Below are positions 21,021-31,393 of a stretch of 64,000 nt of DNA, one piece after another. Numbering within the stretch: position 1 is the first letter of the stretch; each line of letters starts with the position of its first letter. The position numbers were made by a program, and so were the translations under genes. The DNA comes from an uncultured Acidobacteriaceae bacterium (GTDB lineage Bacteria > Acidobacteriota > Terriglobia > Terriglobales > Acidobacteriaceae). The stretch spans positions 19,409-83,408 of the forward strand of contig CAVZNB010000019.1 of assembly GCA_963776535.1 (NCBI GenBank). The letters are read 5' to 3'. Under the pieces are notes generated by a model. It was given only the letters and a program-made list of their open reading frames with translations. It searched no databases and had not been told where the DNA came from.

Positions 21021-21719
21021 TGAGTACTCTTGCAATTCAGGATGAAGTGGCAATCAAGTTGAATGCAGTGCGTGCACTGCTCAAGCGCGGAGATCACGGT
21101 GCTGGGCGACGTATGCCTGACGTGCAGTTTTCAGGCGGAGGATGTGCTGCTGACCAAGTTGGCAATTGGGCTGGATGCGGCGATTCCAATCCTGTTTCTC
21201 GACACCGGCTATCACTTCCGCGAGACTTATGCATATCGCGACAAGATTGCACAGGATTGGGAATTGAACCTGATCAACCTGCTGCCGGAGAAGACGGTTG
21301 CCGCGCAGGAGGCGGAGCATGGGCTGCTCTATCAATCGGCGCCGGATCAGTGCTGCAAGCTGCGCAAGGTGGAACCGCTGTTCAAAGCGGTAGCCGGGTA
21401 CCGCGTGTGGTTGACCGGACTACGCCGCGAGCAGGCAAAGAGCCGCGCCGCGCTGGAGGAGTCGGCGCTGTTCGCGCTGCCCGGCGGCAAGCAGGTGCTG
21501 AAGCTTGCGCCGCTGGCGAACTGGACGACGCGCGATGTGTGGTATGCCTGCGAGCAACTGTCGATTCCGCTGCTGCCGCTTTACGCGCAGGGATACTCGT
21601 CGATCGGCTGTGAGCCGTGTACTTCGTTACCACTCGATGCCAACGATCCGCGGTCGGGCCGGTGGGCCGGCCGCAAGGTGGAATGCGGCATTCACATCGA
21701 GGCGGCGCCGGCACAGTAA
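21020..21719 (+). CDS. cysH: (P)APS reductase, probably the [4Fe-4S] APS-reductase type; frameshift near 21085
   Basis: SFQAED, FLDTGYHFRET, DQCCKLRKVEPL, TGLRREQ, GYSSIGCEPCT and RSGRW...ECGIH. Confidence 0.92.
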
Positions 21720-21748
21720 GGCACGCGCCATGGGACGGAGCACACGGG

Positions 21749-22555
21749 ATGCAATACGTCATCGGGTTCATCATCGCGCTGTTCATTGCACTCACCGGGG
21801 TGGGCGCGGGCACCATCACTGTGCCGGTGCTGGTTCTGTTCCTGGGTATTCCCGCCGCGGAGGCTGTGGGAATCGGGCTGATGTTTGCGACGGCGGTAAA
21901 GCTGATTCTTGTGCCGAGCCAGATCGTGCGCAAAAACGTTGCGTGGAAGACTCTCGCATTCATGCTGGGCGGCGGCGTGCCGGGTGTATTGTTGGGGTCA
22001 TTGTTTTTGAAGCACCTGGTGACGGTTGGGTCAGAGAATGTGCTAAACGCGATGCTGGGCGGGATTCTGGTTACCACGGCGGCATGGCAGATTACCAATT
22101 CATTCAAGCCGATGAAGGGCAATCGCAACGCGCAGGATCGCAGCCCGCTGCTGGCGTGGCTGATGCTGCCGGTGGGTGCGGAGGTTGGATTCTCATCGGC
22201 AGGCGCGGGCGCGCTGGGCAGTGCCGCGCTGCTCTCCTTGACGCCGCTCTTACCGGCCCAGGTGGTGGGCACGGACATCGCATTCGGATTTATTGTCTCG
22301 CTCATCGGCAGCGGGGCGCACGGGTTTTCTAACAGCTCCAACACAGCGTTGCTGCTGCAGCTGATTGCCGGCGGTGCAGTGGGAGCGGTGAGCGGAACGC
22401 TGCTGAGCACGCACATTCCGCGTAGGCCGCTGCGCTTCGCGCTGTGGGTGTGGCTGCTGCTGCTGGGCGGCCAGTTTCTGTTCAACAGCTACCAGGCGTG
22501 GGCCGCGCCTGCGAAGCCCGCCGTGGTGGAGGCTCACACTTCGCGCATGAAGTAG
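21749..22555 (+). CDS. Sulfite exporter TauE/SafE family permease
   Basis: ALTGVGAGTITVP, VGFSSAGAGALG and VVGTDIAF; multi-TM; last gene of the cys operon. Confidence 0.88.
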   Translation: MQYVIGFIIALFIALTGVGAGTITVPVLVLFLGIPAAEAVGIGLMFATAVKLILVPSQIVRKNVAWKTLAFMLGGGVPGVLLGSLFLKHLVTVGSENVLNAMLGGILVTTAAWQITNSFKPMKGNRNAQDRSPLLAWLMLPVGAEVGFSSAGAGALGSAALLSLTPLLPAQVVGTDIAFGFIVSLIGSGAHGFSNSSNTALLLQLIAGGAVGAVSGTLLSTHIPRRPLRFALWVWLLLLGGQFLFNSYQAWAAPAKPAVVEAHTSRMK

Positions 22556-22591
22556 CGACTCTCCATTTCTGCCCTCCCGTCGGATGCTCGC

Positions 22592-24916
22592 TCAGAAGTG
22601 GAAACGGTAGCGCAACTCCGCGGAGAACATGCGCGGATCGTTGTAATGGAAGCCGCCGATGGTGATGGAGTTGTCCAGCAGCACGCGGTGATTGGTGACG
22701 TTGACCACGTTGACGGCCAGCTTCCAGCGTTCGCCCAGCGCGTGGCCGGCGGAGGCGTCAAAGGTGGTGTGAACGGGGAGATATGGGCCATTGTAGGGGC
22801 CCTGGTTGGCGCCTGCCAGGCCATTGGAAAAGCCTGAGCCATAGTACACATTGCTTGAGAACCACGTGTGCAGCGGCAGGTTGGTGGTGAAGCCGGTGTT
22901 GAGGGTTTCGCGCTGGTCGTGGTCTACAGGGAAGTAATTGAAGCCGCCGTTGCTGCAGGCAGGATCGTTGGGGTCTGTGCAGGTGAAGCCGCCAATGATG
23001 GCGCCGCGCTGCTCCGCGATCTGGTTGGAGTAGGTGACGTGGAACTGGCCAAGGTGCGCCAGTTGCGGAGAGCGCAGGGTCATCTCCCAGGCACGCACCA
23101 GCGCTCCGTTGACGGCGATGGGAAAGTACATATTGGACTCGCCGAGGTTGGAGTGATCGAGGAAGTTGTTGACGCGGTTCTTGACGGTGTCGATGTCGAG
23201 GAACCAGCCTTTATAGGGAATCTGAATGCCGAACTGGTGTTCTTCGTCGCGCTCGCTGGGGATGGGCGTGAAGGTGTTTTCGCCCGAGGGCAGGCTGCCG
23301 GCGTAGTTGAGCACTGCTTGCGAAACCGTCTCCAGCGGCGCGGGCTGGAAGAAGTGGCCGTAGAAGCCGCGCAGAACCCAGTGCAGGCGCGGTATTTCAA
23401 CAGTCGCCCCGATGCGGGGATAGATTGCGGATTCGTTGAGGCCCGCGTGAAAGCTGGAGAAGCGCATGCCGCCGAGGAGCGTGAAGTACTGGCCCAGGCG
23501 CAGGTGGTCGGATATGTATCCTTCCACGAGCGCGGCTCCGGCGACGCTTGAGTCGGGACCGTAAACGGTGGGCGGGGACGTTGCATTGTCAATCACTCCG
23601 AACAGGTCGTTCTCAGCCTGGTAAAAGGTGTACATGCCTGCGGAAAAATTGTTGGGTCCAGCATCGGCGCGGACGTCCGCCTGGCCGCCCACGTAGTTCG
23701 ACCGCTGGTGCCACGTGGTTGCCGCAGGGTTATCTGTCGCGGGCGAGTCGTAGTCGGCCTGGTTGAGATGGTAGAAGGGCGCGAAGGAAAACAACGCTTT
23801 GGGCGAGAGCGTATGCACCCAGTTGGCAATGACGAAGCTGTCGCGCTCGGTTTGGCCATCGCGCAGGCCGTAGGAGACGTAGTAGGGATTGCCACCGGGA
23901 GGCGTCTCCTGCTCCCAGTCGTTGGGATTGGGGTCGTAGGGAACCTGGAAGTGATCTTCGCGGAACTGGGCGTTCAGGCGCAGTTGATCTTTCGGCGTCT
24001 GGTTGCGGATGAGCGAGACAAAGCCGCTCTCGGAGTTGGTTGCGTCGTGCAGAATCTGCGCAACGGGTGTGGCCAGGCCGTAGTCAGAGCGCCCAGCGGT
24101 GAGGCTTGCATACCACGCAGTTGCCGCGCTGTGGTCGCCGAGCGAGAGCTGGGCTTCGCCTGTATCGAGGTTGCCTCCGGTGATGAGGAGTTCGCCGTCG
24201 CGGTTGCGCTCGAAGCCATTGCGGGGCAGCACGTTGAAGACGCCGTAGGTACGGTCGCCAATGTCCGAGGAGTAACTGCCGCGCTGGGTCTCGAGCGAGT
24301 CAATGTCCTTGGGATCGATCTGTGGGCCCACGTTGGAGGCGATCTTGGTGTTGGGAATGGCAATGCCGTCAATGAGCCAGCTGGTCTGGTGGCCGCCGCG
24401 CATGTGCAGCATGTCGTGGGTCATATAGGCGCCGGGAACGTAGTCGGTAATCATCTCCATGCCGATGGTGCGGTCGGCGCCGGGGGTCTGGTCGATGTCC
24501 TGACGAGTGATGAGAGTGGTGGGAGTGACGGTGTCTGACGACGAGAGCGAGGACTCTGTGCCCTCGACGACGACGGTTTGCGTTGCCGGCGCGACGGCCA
24601 GCAGGATGTGGACGACTGGGTTGGTCCCCGACGCAATGGTGAGCGGCTCATGGGCGCCGGCAAAGCCCTTGGCGGCGACGCTGAGAGTGTAGATTCCGAT
24701 GGGGACTGACTGCAGATCGAATTCACCTTCGGAATCGGTTCTTGCGGTGAGGGTGAAGGCGGATTCAGCGGCTTTGAGAGTGATGTCCGCGCCGGCAATG
24801 GGGCGATGCTGGGGATCGTGAATGACACCGTGAACACTGGCGAAGACGGTGGCGCGCGCAGGCAGGGATGCAGCCGCAAGCGAGGCCGCCAAAAGAAGGA
24901 ATGAAAGACGACGCAT
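22592..24916 (-). CDS. TonB-dependent receptor with N-terminal carboxypeptidase-regulatory-like domain, probably metal-related
   Basis: Signal peptide MRRLSFLLLAASLAAASLPARA; GVIHDPQHRPIAGA and TDSEGEF; plug segment YMTHDMLHMRGGH; YPRIG; C-terminal ELRYRFHF; SD GGAGG. Confidence 0.9.
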   Translation of the reverse strand: MRRLSFLLLAASLAAASLPARATVFASVHGVIHDPQHRPIAGADITLKAAESAFTLTARTDSEGEFDLQSVPIGIYTLSVAAKGFAGAHEPLTIASGTNPVVHILLAVAPATQTVVVEGTESSLSSSDTVTPTTLITRQDIDQTPGADRTIGMEMITDYVPGAYMTHDMLHMRGGHQTSWLIDGIAIPNTKIASNVGPQIDPKDIDSLETQRGSYSSDIGDRTYGVFNVLPRNGFERNRDGELLITGGNLDTGEAQLSLGDHSAATAWYASLTAGRSDYGLATPVAQILHDATNSESGFVSLIRNQTPKDQLRLNAQFREDHFQVPYDPNPNDWEQETPPGGNPYYVSYGLRDGQTERDSFVIANWVHTLSPKALFSFAPFYHLNQADYDSPATDNPAATTWHQRSNYVGGQADVRADAGPNNFSAGMYTFYQAENDLFGVIDNATSPPTVYGPDSSVAGAALVEGYISDHLRLGQYFTLLGGMRFSSFHAGLNESAIYPRIGATVEIPRLHWVLRGFYGHFFQPAPLETVSQAVLNYAGSLPSGENTFTPIPSERDEEHQFGIQIPYKGWFLDIDTVKNRVNNFLDHSNLGESNMYFPIAVNGALVRAWEMTLRSPQLAHLGQFHVTYSNQIAEQRGAIIGGFTCTDPNDPACSNGGFNYFPVDHDQRETLNTGFTTNLPLHTWFSSNVYYGSGFSNGLAGANQGPYNGPYLPVHTTFDASAGHALGERWKLAVNVVNVTNHRVLLDNSITIGGFHYNDPRMFSAELRYRFHF

Positions 24917-25129
24917 AAGAAAATAGACCTCCGAACGGGCTGGAGCGATGGGGTCGGGCACGGCCGGTTCTGGTTGAAAGAAACAGGCGCACTGACTTGC
25001 CGCGATGAAATGGGGAACGGCTTATGAATAGATTGATTGGGAGGCTCCGAGCCATGACGGCATGAGCGCGACAGCTCCGGATAGAATCGGGCGGCTCAGC
25101 GGAAAAGAGCGGACGGACTCAGAGATTCC

Positions 25130-25516
25130 CTAGACGAATGCTATGACGGGAGGTCCACGGCCGGCGCGGGTGCGGATCTGGCTGAGGCGTGCGGCGGCGC
25201 GGCCTGCGGCGGACGAGTGAGGCTGCGCCAGCAGCATCGGTAAACTGAGCAGCGCGGCGGCCATGGCCTGCGGGGCCGTCGTGGTGGCCGCGGTGGAACC
25301 CGGATAAGCGGGGCAGGTGGATGGCGCGGTGACGATGTGCTTGCCGGACGCGTCCTCTGCCAGCATGGCGGCCGTCTGCATGGCCATGGCGCAATGGTGC
25401 GCTCCGTGGCGGCGGCAGCAGGCGGGCAGGCGCGCATCTTCACTGGCCGGCAGCAGAACCGAAAGAGGTCCAAGCCAGAAGAACAGAATCAGGAAGGTGG
25501 AAAGTACGCGCCGCAT
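25130..25516 (-). CDS. DUF2946/CruR/CutF-like upstream ORF with Cys/His cluster and C-terminal RGPP arrest-like motif
   Basis: Hydrophobic N-terminus MRRVLSTFLILFFWLGPLSVLL, ACCRRHGAHHCAM, CPAYP, ending IRTRAGRGPPVIAFV; co-oriented ~210 nt upstream of the TBDR. Confidence 0.8.
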   Translation of the reverse strand: MRRVLSTFLILFFWLGPLSVLLPASEDARLPACCRRHGAHHCAMAMQTAAMLAEDASGKHIVTAPSTCPAYPGSTAATTTAPQAMAAALLSLPMLLAQPHSSAAGRAAARLSQIRTRAGRGPPVIAFV

Positions 25517-25613
25517 CTGGAATTGATGGTACACGAGGAGTTGGATCGCGGTACAGCAGTCGCAGCGCAGGCCTCGCGGTCGGGTATCATCGGGGTATCC
25601 GGACGAGAAACCA

Positions 25614-25643
25614 GGGACTGAGGGACTAGGGACTAAGGGACTA
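25614..25643. repeat. Short tandem GGGACT(A/G) repeat
   Basis: GGGACTGA-GGGACTA-GGGACTAA-GGGACTA. Confidence 0.75.
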
Positions 25644-25694
25644 AAAGACTGGGAAACCGCAGCGAAGTTCTTTGGGACAATTGCAAGCGAGGGG

Positions 25695-27010
25695 ATGAGA
25701 GTGTCTGAAGTGAATGTTTTTGTATCGCCGCAACAGGTTTCCGCACAGGCTGCGCAGGAGTCGCGGGTGCACAGGCCGCTGCGCATTGCGCTATTTGGCT
25801 TTGGCACGGTGGGCAGTTCGGTGGCGCGGATCCTGGTCGAGTCCGCAGCCGCGGGGGCTGGAGCTGACGCACGTGTTCAATCGCGGCGTAGCCCGCAAGC
25901 GCGTGGACTGGGTTCCCTCCAGCGTGGTGTGGAGCGAGGACGCAGACGCGGTGCTGGGCGCGGATGTGGATGTGATTGTGGAACTGGCGGGCGGGCTTGA
26001 CCCCGCTGCCGGCTGGGTGCGCAAGGCGCTGGATGCGGGCAAGAGCGTGGTTACGGCGAACAAGAAGCTGATTGCCTTCCACGGCGTGGAACTGGAGCGG
26101 CTGGCCGCGGCCAAGGGCGGTCACCTGAAGTATGGCGCGGCGGTTGCGGGCGGAATCCCGGTGATTCCGGGTCTGGAGCAGGGCCTGGCCGGCGACCGCA
26201 TCGAGCGCATTGAAGGCATTCTGAACGGCACCTGCAACTTTATCCTCAGCAAGATGGAGGACGGGCGCCGAGTACGCGCCGGTGCTGGCCGAGGCGCAGG
26301 CCGCGGGCTATGCGGAGGCCGATCCGACTGAGGATGTGGGCGGCTTCGATGCGCGTGCCAAGCTCTCCATCCTGATGCGGCTGGCGCTGCGCGTCGAAGT
26401 GAATCCGGAAGAGATTGTGCCCAGGCCGATCACGGCGGTTACCGCGGTCGACTTCAGCTATGCGCGGGACCTGGGCTGCACCATCCGCCAGGTGGCGCGC
26501 GGCGAGCAGGCCGGCGGCCAGGTGGCGGCGACGGTGGGGCCCATGCTGGTGGCCCTGCGCTCGCCTCTGGCGTGGTCACGCGGCACGGAAAACATGGTGA
26601 TCCTGACTGGCCATTACGGCGGCGACGTGGTCTTCTCCGGGCACGGAGCCGGTGGGCATCCGACCGCAGTGGCCGTGGTGAGCGACCTGCTGGCTCTGGC
26701 GCACGGGTCGCGGCGGGTGGAGATTCCCTCGGCTCCGGCGACGGTGAGCGGGGAGTTCGAGGTGCCGCACTATATCCGCTTCCTGGTCAAAGACAGGCCG
26801 GGGATTGTGGCCGCCATTACCGGCGCGCTGGCCGAGGAGCAGATCAACATCCGCGCCATTGTGCAGAAGCCCGGCTACCCGGCCGACGCGCTGCCCTTTG
26901 TGGTGACCGTGGAGCCGTGCCGGAGTTCGGCGCTGAAGCGCGCGCTGGAGCGGATCGAGACGCTGGACTGCATGATTGTGGAGCCGCTGGATTTGCAGAT
27001 GCTGGAGTAG
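25695..27010 (+). CDS. hom: Homoserine dehydrogenase with C-terminal ACT domain; frameshifts near 25845 and 26270
   Basis: Three ORF pieces join: GFGTVG, VVTANKK, AVAGGIPVI, GILNGTCNFILSKM, GYAEADPTEDVGGFD, GAGGHPTA and DRPGIVA. Confidence 0.92.
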
Positions 27011-27015
27011 CTAGA

Positions 27016-27050
27016 CAGGGATCAGGGGTCAGAGATCAGGGATCAGAAGT
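27016..27050. repeat. Heptamer tandem repeat (CAGRGRT-type)
   Basis: CAGGGAT-CAGGGGT-CAGAGAT-CAGGGAT-CAGAAGT. Confidence 0.75.
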
Positions 27051-27070
27051 TCCTGCTTTTGAGGAGCCCA

Positions 27071-27423
27071 ATGAGCAATGTGAAGTTCACGGTTGGTGGG
27101 GCGAAGAGGAAGAGGCGTCGCGACGTTTCGTCGATGCCTGGCACCGCGCCGAGCGCGGAGAGACCTTTCACGAGCGCCATCTGGCGTTCGAAAGCTGGGA
27201 CGCGCTCGCTCGTGTCCTGACTGGAAAGCGCATGGAGTTGTTGCACTATGTGCGCCGCCACAACGTCACCAGCATCCGTGCCCTGGCCAAAGCGCTCAGC
27301 CGCGATTACGAGCAACGTACACGCGGATGTACGAGCCTTGTCCGCAGCCGGTCTTCTTGACGGCTTCGGCGAAGGGCGTGCGGGCCGATTACGACGCGAT
27401 CGAAACCAAAATCAGCAATTTGA
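27071..27423 (+). CDS. HVO_A0114-like HTH DNA-binding protein (antitoxin-like); several indels
   Basis: SD GAGGAG plus ATG. Joined frames give RRFVDAWHRAERGETFHERHLAFESWDALARVLTGKRMELL...SIRALAKALSRDY-SNVHADVRALSAAGLLD. Confidence 0.72.
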
Positions 27424-27488
27424 GAGTCAGCGAGACAGGAGCGGCGAATGAGCAGCGATAGTCTCGAGTTTGCGATGGAGGCCGGTGC

Positions 27489-27695
27489 ATGATTGGGACG
27501 ATCTACAAATGTGAGATTTGCGGCGAAGAGAGCGACAACCCGGTGCGCTGGATTGTGATCCACTGCAGCGACGCGCAGTTGACCATCTTCAAGTGGACCA
27601 AGGAAGCTGCCAACGCGCCGCATGCGCGCCACTACTGCGGCGAGGCGCACGCGCAGGTGTATATCAGCCGCTGGCTTGAGTCGTTCTGCAGTTAA
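27489..27695 (+). CDS. Small putative Zn-binding protein
   Basis: 68 aa with CEIC and HYCGEAH; SD GGAG; typical codon usage. Confidence 0.75.
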   Translation: MIGTIYKCEICGEESDNPVRWIVIHCSDAQLTIFKWTKEAANAPHARHYCGEAHAQVYISRWLESFCS

Positions 27696-27702
27696 GGTCG
27701 CT

Positions 27703-28778
27703 CTAGTCCTTGGCGGCAGCAGGCCCGGTGGACTCGCGCACCACCAGCTCCGGCGCCATCACAATCTCGGCTGGAAATTCCTTTTCGCGGTTGGCGATGC
27801 GTTCCAGCAGGACCTGCGCACCGCGCTGGCCCATCTCCAGCAGCGGCTGGCGCACGGTGGTCAGCGAGGGCGTGGAGTAAGCGGCGGACTGGATGTCGTC
27901 AAAGCCCACCACGGAGACATCTGCCGGGAACCGAGAGCCCCGCGTCTTTGAGCGCGCGGATGGCGCCGATGGCGGCGATGTCGTTGAAGCAGAAGATGGC
28001 GGTAAAGTCGCGCGTCTGCTCCAGCAGGGCCTGCATGGGCTTGTAGCCGATTTCCGGGGCCATGGGGTGGTAGCCGTCCTTCATTGACCAGCCGGCAGTG
28101 TCGATGCGAACCACCAGGTTGTGCTCGATCTTGAGATTGATCTCGTGCGCGACCTGCTGGATGCTTTCCCAGCGGTACTCGGAGTCGGGGATGGCGTGCG
28201 GGCCGCGCATGAACGCGATGCGGCGATGGCCAAGCGCATGCAGATGGTGGAGCGCCTGTTCCACCGCCAGGTGGTGGTCGAGAACGATGTTGGTGACGTT
28301 TTCGGCCGCGCTGTGAGCGGAGATGGCGACCACCGGCACCGGCACTTCAATCTGGTCGGCGGGCGTGTTGAGCAGCAGAAAACCATCCACGGCGCGCTCC
28401 ACCAGCATGCGCGGGTACTTTTCAATCAGTTCGCTCTTCCAGTCGTGGCAGGCGGTGAAATAGAAGTAGTGCGCTGCGGTCAGCTCCTGCACCACGCCGC
28501 TCATGACGCGGGTAAAGTAGCCCTCGCTCAGGTCGGGCGCCAGCACGCCTACGCTCATGGACTGGCTTTGCCGCAGCGAACGGGCAAAGTAGTTGGGCCG
28601 GTAGTTGAGGCGCTTGGCGGCTTCGATGACCCGGTCGCGGGTCTCCTGGGGGATCGACTTGGCCGACGGGGAGTTGTTCAGGACCAGCGAAACTGTGGTC
28701 TGCGAGAGCTCCAGATGCTCGGCAAGCATTCTTCAGATTGACATGGCCCGGCGGTGTTGCAAGCTTTCCCTTTGCCAT
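27703..28778 (-). CDS. LacI-family transcriptional regulator; frameshifts near 28730 and 27925
   Basis: LAEHLELSQTTVSLVLN HTH, LNYRPNYFARSL, AIFCFNDIAAIGA, VVGFDDI, PSLTTVRQP and PELVVREST. Confidence 0.92.
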
Positions 28779-28808
28779 GGTGGAGTTGTAGCACGTTTCC
28801 ATGGTTCT

Positions 28809-28825
28809 GGGAAACAGCGTTTCCC
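28809..28825. promoter_or_regulatory. Candidate LacI operator palindrome
   Basis: GGGAAAC-AGC-GTTTCCC, ~30 nt upstream of the lacI-like start. Confidence 0.5.
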
Positions 28826-28854
28826 TTTAAGTACATCGATTTGTCCAGTGTTTA

Positions 28855-31309
28855 CTATGGTGCTCGGCGATGCGATTGTTAGGCCGGGCTGGAGCGGCCA
28901 GGTTTTGCCGTTGAACACAAAGGTACCGGTCAAATTGCCCGGCAGCGTGATGGTTCCGGTAAGGTCGTCGCCCTTGCGCTGGTACTCCACCTTGATTTCG
29001 CCCTGAGGGTGCGGATACGTGGCTGTGAGCGAGGGCAGCGAGCCCAGGTGCGGCGCGATGCGGACGGTGGCGAAGCCGGGGCTGGCCGGCTCGATGCCGG
29101 CCACCAGGGTGAGCAAGTCATAGATGGGGTGGGCGCTCCAGGCATGCGAGTCGGAGCGTGTGTTGCCGGGGACCTCCGGCCAGGTGCTGAAGTGCAGCGG
29201 CAGCAGCTTGCGCCAGGGTCCGATGGAGTCCAGGTACTCGTCCGCCATGCCGGCGTGGTCGAGGGCGCGGGCCAGGTAGAAGCGGAAGTAGTAGGAGGCG
29301 CTGAGCACGCCGTCGGGGGTGGTGCCGGGATCGATGGCAATGAGCTTGCGCAGCACCTCCTGCTGCCGGTCTTTGGGAATCACGTCGTAGAGCACGCCCA
29401 GGATGTTGGCCTGCTGGCTGAAGGCCTTCTGCTCCGGGGTTTCGGCCAGCAGCCCGCGCGCGGCAGACCAGCACTTGTTGTAGAGGCCCTGGCGCACGTG
29501 CGCGGCGCGGGCCTGGTAGCGCGTGGCGAAGAGCGGATCGCCGAGGGCGTGCTCCAGGTCCGCGGCATCGCTGAGCGCGCCAAGGTACTCAAGCGTGGTC
29601 ATGCACGATTCGCCGCTCTTGTCGTAGGTGGGGATCTCCTGCCCGATCCTGCACCCAGTCAATGAAGCTCCACCACGGCAGCTCGTGCAGCAGGCCGTCG
29701 GGCTGTTCGTAGTTGGCAAACCAGGTGAGAATAGTGCGCGTGCCGGGCACCAGCGAGCGGGCCAGGCCATCCGCATCCGGCCGGTACATCCAGTAGTCGT
29801 GCAGCATGCCCACATACAGCAGCGAGAAGGTGGGGATGGACTGCGGCAGGGAACTGGGATAGCGGCTGCGCGTGATCCCCTCCGGAATGCGCGAGTCGTC
29901 AAAGGCGCGCAGCGCCTGGCGGGCGAGGCGGTCGTCGCCGGCCACGGCGTAGGAGATGAGCGCCTGGATGCGCGTGTCGCCCACGTACTGCAGCTGCTCG
30001 TAGTAGGGCGTATCCATGTAGGTCTCGTGGGCGTCCAGCCGGGCGGTGCGCCAGCTGATCTCCCAGATCTTGGCCAGGTCTGGATCGTCCGGCCTTGAAG
30101 GTGGCGCGCTCTTCGAAGGGATAGGCCGTGAACTGGGCCTTGAGGGATTCGAGCGTGAGCGGCTCGGCGCCGGTGGTGATGTCGAGGTCGAGATAGCGCC
30201 AGGTGCGCCACCATAGCGGCTCAAAGGTGCGGTGCTGGCCGCCGTCGGGAAGAAAGCTGTCAGTCAGACCGAGCGCCTTGCGGTCGCCAACTTCGTCCCG
30301 GTCGCCTTTGTGCAGGTCCTTGTCGTAGAGGGCTTCAGAGTAGGTGAGGACGATTTTGGCGCCTTTGCCGCCGGAGACGGTGAGCTGGGGATAGGCGGTG
30401 GTGAGGGTTTTGCGGTCGAGCAGGATGTGGACATGAACGCCGGGTGGCAGACTTGCAGGCGAGTCTGGAAAGTGAGCCAGGCCAGGCTGTTCCCGAGCAA
30501 TGTCATCGAGACGAACAATCTCGCCTGCGCTGGTCTCCGCGTACTCCATGTGCGGCAGCTCATCCGGCACCAGCCCCCAGGGATTGTCGCCCGTCGTCAT
30601 CGGCGGAGTGCGCCTTGTTCACATCGCCATAGATGCTGTCGCGCATGGGCGAGGCAACCGGAACCCATGCCCCACCAACAGCCGTGGGCGACTGCCAGTT
30701 CCAGTCGTACCTGGCGGCGTCGATTTCTTCGCCCGGTCCGGCGGCCATGTAATCCTGGAAGCTGACCGTCTCCCGGCCCCGCGGCCGATGGCCCGGCTCA
30801 ACCTCAACCATCCAGCCCCCGGACTTGCTGACGCCCGTGCTGATGGAGGCATCGCCCTTGGCCTCGCTTTCCAGCAGAAACGCGGTGCGGTCGGTGAACT
30901 GCGCCACGGCGGCGTAGACGCCCCAGTTCCAGACGGTCGCGGTGATCAGGTTCTCGCCCGGCTTGAGCAGCGGGGCCAGGTCAAATTTCCCATAGCGCCA
31001 GTGGGTCAGGTCGCCGCGCGCAGGCCCGTCGCCCGCCCGCTTGCCGTTCACATAAAGGATGAAGCGGTTGTCGGCGCTGACGCGGACGATGTAGCTGGCC
31101 GGAACCGCCGCCAGCGTAAGCGTCCTGCGGAAGTGCAGCACGATGGGCTCGCGCAGCGGCGCGGTGGGATGCGTGATCCACGAGGCCTGCCAGTCGCGGC
31201 TGGGAGGGTCCGCCTGTAGGGTCGTTTGGGCTTGCAGGGTGAAGACGGAGAAAATTAGGGCGAGGACGACAGCAACTGGACGCATGAGCTTGGGCCTTCC
31301 GACGGACAC
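28855..31309 (-). CDS. Alpha-L-rhamnosidase (GH78), secreted; several frameshifts, 3' end approximate
   Basis: Pieces 30560..31309, 29899..30600, 29589..30224 and 28733..30214 join: VSADNRFILYVNG, HETYMDTPYYEQLQYVGDTR, TWPE and RSDSHAWSAHP. Confidence 0.88.
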
Positions 31310-31323
31310 AGAACAGCATAAAG

Positions 31324-31350
31324 CAGGGACCAGAGATCAGGGGTCAGAGC
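31324..31350. repeat. Heptamer tandem repeat (CAGRGRY-type)
   Basis: CAGGGAC-CAGAGAT-CAGGGGT-CAGAGC; same family as 27016. Confidence 0.65.
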
Positions 31351-31393
31351 GGGCAATTGCATCTGGAATTGGGGTCAGAGGCCGCGGTGCGGT

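Noticed and set aside
25590-25690. SAM-I riboswitch upstream of hom (GAGGGACT resembles its core)
   Set aside because: The match is part of the GGGACTA tandem repeat; ATC-AGAG, GCAACC and GTGC elements are missing.
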